Shown piece by piece: positions 56,383 through 64,000 of a DNA stretch of 64,000 nt. The position numbers and the translations under genes were made by a program. The stretch covers positions 10,763,478 through 10,827,477 of the forward strand of contig NW_003526941.1 in NCBI RefSeq assembly GCF_000181795.1. The letters run 5' to 3'. A model generated the notes under the pieces. The model saw only the letters and a list, made by a program, of their open reading frames with translations. It did no database searches and was not told where the DNA came from. Each line of letters opens with the position of its first letter. The stretch's first letter is position 1. This DNA is from Trichinella spiralis. Lineage: Eukaryota.

Positions 56383-58745
56383 TTATCCATGAAAGAAACC
56401 CGGATTTTGGATGCCGCTGGGTACATTTCCAGTTTTCATAAAGTATTGCAATTCATGCACGCTGTTCACCACTACCAGTTGGCGGCTAACTACGTGATCA
56501 CCTTCGGTGAAAGTGAACGAATCTTTGGTTGTCGTACTACTACTACTACTACTCATCGTTTGCATTGGAACATTCTGCGGCTGTATGTCGCTGGTCGGTA
56601 AAATTGATCCCGAATCAGAGCATCCTTCCACTGCCGGGCAGATGGGCTTAAAATTGTTGAAACAACAATTTACACACATATACAAGCACACGTCACAATC
56701 TGTTGTTTTTTTAATAACCATGGTCTTACCCGATGGCATGGTCCAAAGTTGCAATTTCTGACAAGGCATGAAAAAAGCACTTCACTAGTTGTCGTGTAGC
56801 GGAACGCTTCCATGGATACTTTGACACCAGAGAAGGATGATTCAGGAGGGCAGACAAGTCCAACACCGTCAGCCTGACACCTGTTTGTGAATTGTGAAAA
56901 TAATAAAAGAGAGAAAAATGTGATAAAAATTAATGGAAATTACCCGTTTCGAATAATTTGCAAAGGATCACGTTCCCAAGCGTAAGGAGAATTGACAGGT
57001 TCTATTTGACAGGCTACCAAGATGAGGTTGTTAGCTGAAAAATGAATCGAGAAAAAATCAGAAAATCCATAAGTGATTAAGCTATTCAATCGTTGTAAAT
57101 TATGCTGTTTACTTCGTAAAGAAGAATGGGTCGGTGTAAACTGCAAAGTGATCTTGCTACCGATGACCACCGCTTTCACGTTCTGACCATTGTGTAAAAT
57201 GTCGAATTGAATCTCCTCTTTCATTGTAACATTGTTGTTGTTGTTGTTGTTATCAGATGTCAGTGTTGTAGTTTGAGTAGTGGTCGGTGGGGATGTTGGT
57301 GTTGTCCTGGTTGTTGTTGTTGTTGTTGTTTGTGTTGTTGTGGGGGTCACTTGAATTGGCTGCTCAGTTTGCACAACGGTGCCGGTCCTCTTCGACGACG
57401 GAACAATATCAACGGCGGTACCAACTACGGCCGACGGATAAGAAGAAGACGAAGCGGCTTTGTTGTCCAAGCGTGGACATCTGGCTTGGTAAATCAAATC
57501 CTGAAAAAACTGTCTTTTAAAAAACAATAACCAGCATGTAAATTATATGCAAAATTTAAGCTACTCTACCTGGTCAGTGACGAAATAGAGCGGCTGAACG
57601 CCGTCCATTGAAACCACAGCATCGAGGACAAAATTGTCACCCTGAAATGAATGAATGAATCGTTTCATTGATGAAGAAGAAGAGGATCAATGGAAATTCA
57701 CTTCGACAGTGATGCTGTCGGAACAATTTTTCCCTTCGGTTGGAAAGGGAAAAAACAAGCTGAACGTGGTCTTTTCGTGCGGTTCAACGCGACAAGTGAA
57801 AAAATCATACAAGCCGTACAAAGCTCCAGTGTAGGGAAATTTGCTTTCGGCTTTGACCAGAATGCCCTTGTCACTGCAGACATGCGTCAACTGTACGCTG
57901 CCTTGAAATGTGGAAAAAATTTTTACCACAAAAAAATGAATGAGAACAACAACAAAAAAATGATTATTACTGTTTTGACAATTGTTTTCGTAATAATCAA
58001 TACGGTAATTGGGATTGTTGTTCACCTGCACGTGACGAGGCTTGGTCAGTCGGTTGTGGGTGCTCAGCTTGCACATGGCAGATGTGCGGTTGTAAGTCAC
58101 CGACCGGCAGTGTATTGTCGTCTCGTCCAAACAGGCGCCCAAACAATCTTCCAGACGTTGAGCTGTGAATTGTTTGTCAATTAAATTTTCATCCATAAAA
58201 CGATCAATGTAAAAATCAAATTGATGCGTTGATTTGCAAGCATTTTTAGCTGAAAAAAAATAATACATATATAGTAAATAGATAATGAGGTCGATTAATG
58301 TTGACTCACTGTTGACGCAGTATTTGCGGAAAAAGGCGTACTGGTCGTTGGCTTCAGCATACCAGTCGACGTTGCGGAGTTGGTCGTTTTGAAAAAATTG
58401 ACAATCGCTAGTCAAATCACTGGTCCCATATTTGTAATTGAAGCCAGCACAGGGAAGCTCCACGCCGGGCTTTTCTGGGTACGCTTCGTCCGAGCAGAGT
58501 AGCATGCAGTTTCCAAGCGTGTGCGAGCCGCTCACTTTGGCCGTCAAGCCGACCCTCACCCGAGCCCATCGCACATAAACTGGCACGCAATCACGTTGTA
58601 CAGTACGGTCTGAAAATTAAGTAAAAGAAAAAAATAATTTGCATAATGATGATGAAATAATATTCCATTTACCGTTGGATGTGACGACGACAAAGTGAAT
58701 TGTTTGAAGCAAAAATGCAGCCAATAATATTGTCCTGATGTTCAT
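56383..58745 (-). CDS. let-653: Secreted PAN x2 + split ZP protein with mucin-like linker, ~605 aa, 9 exons
   Basis: Exons 58745-58673, 58609-58310, 58249-57971, 57901-57702, 57641-57570, 57500-57113, 57034-56944, 56880-56730, 56646-56383. Signal peptide; YVRWARVR, NNNPNYRIDYYENNC, PYTGALYGLYDFFTCR, KNCSDSI, DG.QPLYF and the C-terminal LVVVNS..L.Y..TGN match recalled C. elegans LET-653. Thr-rich linker between ZP-N and ZP-C; no TM. Confidence 0.92.
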
Positions 58746-59589
58746 GTCGAGCACCGAATTCTACAGTGAATAGAAGAAAAAATGTTCAATTTTTTTCTTA
58801 TTTTAAAAATTAAATCGCGTTTTTTGAACTTTTCTCCGACTGGACAAAAAATATGATGTTCAAGTTTAGTAATTTTGAATGTTACAAATTCAAAAAAAAA
58901 AACAAACAAACAAAAACAAATAACAAGTCGAATAAGAAGAAACAAATAATGAATAGAATCAATGAATAAGAAAATTTCAATACAGACTATGCTTTTGAAT
59001 TTGAACAGAGAGACAGAGAGTGGGTATGCGCGTACGTGCTTGTGATGTGTACGGTATGACCTGAATAGATTTTTTCTTCCAACGGTAAAATTTTCTAGAA
59101 AACACTTACTGTTGAAGAGTGTTAATAATAAGCAAGCTGTGATGACGACCGGTCGACGGTCGGTGTGGACATAAGTATCTGTCTGTCTGTATGTTTGGGA
59201 AGCTGGCAAGCCTTGGCGGCTATGTGCTTTTGCTAGTGAACGTCACAAGAGGAAGACCTTGGACTGACCTGATCCAGAGTGCCAAAGTAAACGTGATTGT
59301 GAAAAATAATCAAGGACAGCCTGGGCCATTGCAAGGTTGTCGTTTGCTTGATGTTATTGTGGTCTGTCCGCTTTATTTATGCTCTGAGCTAGCTAAGTGA
59401 TAGTAAATGGTCGAAGTTGACAAATGAATGCAAACTGGACGGACGACAGCTGAATTGATGGTTGAAGTCCACAAACAGAGAAATGACCAATCATGCAGTT
59501 GGACGAAATTATGGGCGGGGCCAGGAGTTTTTAGGGTCAAGAGAAAGAGAGAGACCGAAAATTTGAAATAAAAAAGCCGCTTCATCGTT

Positions 59590-59606
59590 CCGTTGCCAGG
59601 CAACGG
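59590..59606. promoter_or_regulatory. Palindromic RFX/X-box-type site
   Basis: CCGTTGCC-A-GGCAACGG, a 17 bp odd palindrome whose core GTTGCCAGGCAAC fits the RFX consensus. Confidence 0.5.
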
Positions 59607-60040
59607 CAGTTGGTGTCGTTGAACTGACTGTTCGGGCGTGCAAAAGGAGCGTCGTACCTTGACGCTGGCAACCACCGACGAAACGACTGCGGCTGGTTTC
59701 ACAAAAAAATTTCACTATCAAACAAACAACATCACTGACAATAATAATATTATTATTATTAAAAATACAAAAATGTGGAAGGAAGATCTGGTTTGTTTTT
59801 TGATTAGCCAAATTTTTCCGCGCAATTCTATCCAACGACATTAACCATTTCAACAAGGTTACCGGCCTCGAGAACAAACCGCACACACACACACACACAC
59901 ACACACAACGCGAATCCAAAGAAATATATACCATCCATTTTCACATTCTACAGATTAACGCTAACCCTCAACAAGCATTCAATAACATGCTATAAATTCT
60001 AATTTTATCTGTGTACCGCTTTATCGTGAACGTGAAAACC

Positions 60041-60051
60041 AAACTAGGTCA
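60041..60051 (+). promoter_or_regulatory. ROR response element (candidate NHR-23 site) upstream of let-653
   Basis: AAACTAGGTCA matches the consensus WAWNTRGGTCA exactly. Confidence 0.45.
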
Positions 60052-61612
60052 ACTTCAAAATATCACATTATAGAAGCTAGTTGAATACATGGGGAGTTTT
60101 ACCAATTTGAAAATGCGAACTGAAATGTCAAAGTACCAAAAACCCTGCATATAGCTCCTATTCGAAATAATAGCACTGCCGCTGTTCAAAGGGTTAATTA
60201 CAAGCCATTCTGCAATTAACAGCACCAATTATCTGTTCCTGCAATTTCGTGAATAGCACAACCAACTGCGTATACAACTTTCTTTGTCCATTGATTTCAT
60301 TTTTCAAAAAAGCACATTAAAAATAAACTATTACAGTTTCTGTCGAATTTGTTTAAAAAAACATTACTTATAAATAAATTTAAACTGAAACAAGCCAATC
60401 AATAGCAGTTAAAATTATGATGAACACTTCGTCTACTTCACCACGTCAGCAATGGGCATGTTATGCACTGAATATATAAATAGATTCATCAAGCAGTGGT
60501 TGTTTCCTTTGAAAAGAAAAAAACTTGGAATTCCAAGGTCTTTCTTACTTCCAGTGGGAGAACAATTAATCAAATATTGAACGCAGGTAAAAAATGCATC
60601 GTATAAATTACAAATATGAGAAAAGAAATTTTCCTTCATAAACATGCAAATTTATCAATGATAACAAAATTACACAGTATTCCAATTTACATATTACAAT
60701 ATTGAGACAAAATCTATATTCTGTGAATAGAAAACGTAAAGCAACATTAATTTAGTAATTATGTTATCAAATATTTTTCACGTAACCTGTTTAGTAGAAG
60801 CTTTTCAAATAATAATAATAATAAAATTTGTTTTAAAGTTGAATGCTGAAATGTACATTTCAAAAACTGATGCCAATGAAACCATGTTCAAACAAATTCT
60901 TGCGAGCCTATCTCTGATAATGCTGTTTGATAAAGTGATTGAATAATGTGAACTGCACAATGAAAAATACAAAACATGAAAATAATATACTTACTCCAAT
61001 ACCACCTTCTTCCACTGTCAAATTGAATCATTAAAAAATTAATTTAAACTGTTTATTCTTGGCTGTACAAGATGTTCTTTTTGTGCATAATGCTTTCTTA
61101 AATGAACGCGATGAAAAATCTAAAAAGATAAAAATTGTTGTAAAGGTAAGTCAATATTGTGAACGTTGAGCACATTAAATTCAACAGAAATATTTATGAG
61201 AAGAAATAAAAATTTACTGCCATTTACTGCCTCTCTTCATGGAAAGTAATTAAAAGTTGATATCATAAGCATAAATTTATAAAAGCAAATGAAACCAATA
61301 GGCAAACAAAATGATATTAAATAAAAAAGCAACATTAACGAATTTATTTACAGACTGAGGAAGTTTTATTTTCATCTAAAAGTAAAAATCAAATACTTTA
61401 TTACATATCAAAACTTCAACTTCACTAGATGAATAATTCATAAATTATTACTGTACTAAATTTACTGAACTGTTCATTTCAGTATGAAAATAATTTATTA
61501 ATATAACTGCATAATTTATATATTAAAACTTTTTATCAATTTTTGTTTATTTATTTCAAATAATTTATTGCATATATGAACGTTATTCAATTTCAAATTG
61601 AAATAAACCTGC

Positions 61613-61679
61613 TTTTCAAACCTAATTTCAGTAATTACTGTGGAAACAGCCGCGAAATGTAGGTGTTTTTTGCGGGAAA
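61613..61679 (-). promoter_or_regulatory. Candidate E2F/DREAM elements directly upstream of the FANCD2 ATG
   Basis: On the minus strand: TTTCCCGC at 61672-61679, TTTCGCGGC at 61649-61657 and CHR-like TTTGAA at 61615-61620. Confidence 0.5.
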
Positions 61680-61680
61680 C

Positions 61681-63985
61681 ATGTTAGGCAGTCGTAGGTT
61701 GCCGAATTCTCGGGCCGCAATTCAAGGTAAAACCAGTGTTATTAATTAAATATTTTCAAATGCCGCATTTCTTCAAACGTTTCAAAATTGCTACATCACT
61801 GTTTAATTGTTCTGCATTTTAATTGAGATACTTTTCAGCTTTGAAAAATTCTCAATCAACTGCATCGTCAGCTGTGACTGAAAGAAGTGACAGTAAGTTT
61901 TTTTTGGGATTTCTATTATAAATATTATATACATGCATGTGAACGTAAAGTTTCGACGGCATGTAAAATATCGTTTATTCAAGCACTCAGTGATGCAATA
62001 TCATTTGATAAAAGTGTTGACAGTAATGAGAATAATGGAGAAGAATTTGAATATTTCAAACACACATTGGCTGACTGTGCTCTTATTGTTAGTGGAACGA
62101 TTGAGAAGCCTTGCATTTTAAGTATGTTTTTTCTTTACTTTTTGACTAAACTGAAAAGTGATCATTTCTAGATTGTGATCATGTAAAATTCATAAATGAA
62201 CTTCGCAAGTGCTTGCATAATCCGGATGATCGTCGTGTAATCATTCAAAATGAAAATTTCAGTATTCGTTTTTTATTTGGAATTGTTTAGAAATTTTTGG
62301 ATCAATTCAGTGCTTTTATTCAAGACCAAGAGCGTCTGAAATCGGCTCTTTTGCCGACTGAACTACCAAAGAACGACGAGTAAAGTTATAAATATTTTTC
62401 GAATATTAATTGTTATTAAATGTTTTCCTGTTTCAGAGGAATACCAGAAGATAGTTTGATCAGACTGTTACTTCGGGTGGACGAATTGCAAGTGAGCAGT
62501 TGTTATTATTGTAGAAAAAATTTCTTTACGATTATCATTTTTTTCAGGCAGACGTGGCTGTATGCCTTTTGAACATCCTACTAAAGCACTGCAAATCTAC
62601 TTGGTTTTTATTTTGTTTATTTTAAAATGTCGAATTTTATAAAAATTACTTTTCAGTTCGACGCAAGAACCTGAAAATGAATTTCCTCAACTGATAATAA
62701 ATCAGTTCAGATACTTGGAGCGTATTGCTGACAGCAGGGTTTGCAATTCTTTTTTTTGTAATATATACCAAGTTATTTTGTATAATCTTTTTCAGAAATT
62801 ATTTTCTCACTTTTTGAAAATAGTGGAAATTGCTCCAGCTTGGATACAGCAAGAAATTTTTTATTGTCTTCCAGAATTAATTGCTGATGATTTTCATGAC
62901 GAAGCAGGAAGTGCATTATTGTAAGAAATTTTATTTTAATTTAGTTTGCAAATTTGCTTAAATTAAAATAATAAGATATATTGTATAATGTATCATACAA
63001 TTTTTCAAATCATAATGATTATCATTTGATGAAAATAAAGTAGAAATTTGATCTTGGTTTGATCTTTTATTTCACATTTTATTGGTAAATTTATATAATT
63101 TCAATTTTATTCTTTTTCGATTTTCAGATACAGTTTAATTTCTATCATGTGTATTTATAAAAAATAACTTGTAAATAATTTTTGAGAGATTTGATGGTCA
63201 GTAATCCAGTGCTGACAAATTCCATTTTTGAGACAATATGCAACTTGACTTTGTCTTTACAATTGACCCATGAGGTGAGATTATGACGCGTTTGGTTTCA
63301 ATTATTTATATTTAAGTAGATCACTTTTAGATCAAGGAAATGATATCTAAATCTTTATCGTCAATTGATGTAATTCAACTACCATCGAGAGTGAAATTTT
63401 TGCTGCAATGCAATTCATTGGAAGATGCAGTTCAAGTTATATTATTTCAGTACAAACGAATGAATATAAGATAATTTTTTTTGATTTGCAGACATTGGAA
63501 ATTTTAAGAGAAAAACTTGATTTTACCCGTTTGTTTGGTGCTTATCTACTTCCAGTACTTAAGCAAGACAAAGACGGGTATGGGATGCATAATTTATCTC
63601 TCATTTTCTCTTGATATTTTGCAACTATTCAGCATGTTTCCAATTTTAGCAGCGTTCAAGAAGCATTGAAGCTTTTGTCTAGTACAATTGAAACTGCTGT
63701 GCATTTTTCAAAATTTATTGCTGCTGCAATAGTGAACTTTTATAATAGAAAACGCTGGCCACCAAGTGAAGACTCTTTGAAGGTTTTATTGTATTGTATT
63801 GTATTGTATAATTTATAGTAATCAATCAGTATTTCTTTTTGCCTTTTTAGGTTTTTGATTTGATAATGCTGTTTATGCTGATGAACAGTCGACATTATAA
63901 GCAAGTGAAGCGCATATTATTGTTTCATATAAAAGCTGGCCACATCACCGGCAACGTTCTTTCGGATACATTTCACTTTAAACAA
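61681..63985 (+). CDS. fcd-2: Fanconi anemia group D2 protein, 5' portion (continues beyond the window)
   Basis: Exons 61681-61726, 61839-61892, 61984-62121, 62172-62236, 62291-62379, 62437-62491, 62548-62603, 62657-62738, 62796-62920, 63187-63274, 63331-63435, 63492-63577, 63650-63782, 63851-63985. SLIRLLL.VD.LQ, PQLIINQFRYLERI, IAP..IQQEI..CLPELI.D..H, LREKLDF, VFDLIMLF and IKAGHI follow FANCD2 in order. The first two exons are less certain. Confidence 0.88.
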
Positions 63986-64000
63986 GTATATAGATTTTTT

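Noticed and set aside
59961..60196. piggyBac-like termini (TAACCCT ... AGGGTTAA)
   Set aside because: Left end lacks TTAA and the putative inverted repeats diverge after 4 bp.

Overview
AT-rich, intron-dense eukaryotic DNA from a nematode. The nematode-specific matrix genes, mostly 45-90 nt introns, loose TTTCAG acceptors and vertebrate-like intron positions suggest clade I, probably Trichinella-like (inference). I assembled nine spliced genes by hand; all eight complete models keep frame from ATG to stop. They are: choline transporter cho-1/SLC5A7 (-), an acid lipase (-), ZEB/Zfh1 factor zag-1 (+) after a ~17 kb gene-poor region with GC-rich islands, PAN-ZP protein noah-2 (-), a G-alpha-i subunit (-), CZIB/DUF866 (+), a cuticlin-like ZP protein (+), PAN-ZP protein let-653 (-), and the 5' part of FANCD2 (+, runs off the window). 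There is also a diverged ~350 bp inverted repeat pair, a 10-N gap and many microsatellites. No rRNA, tRNA, CRISPR array or intact transposase was seen. I found no unmistakably new system. The best leads are three apical-matrix ZP genes within 19 kb, a LET-653 ortholog with no basic cleavage site, apparent linkage of five C. elegans chromosome IV orthologs, retained ancestral intron positions, and candidate regulatory elements. Orthology calls are from recalled sequences, not database searches.
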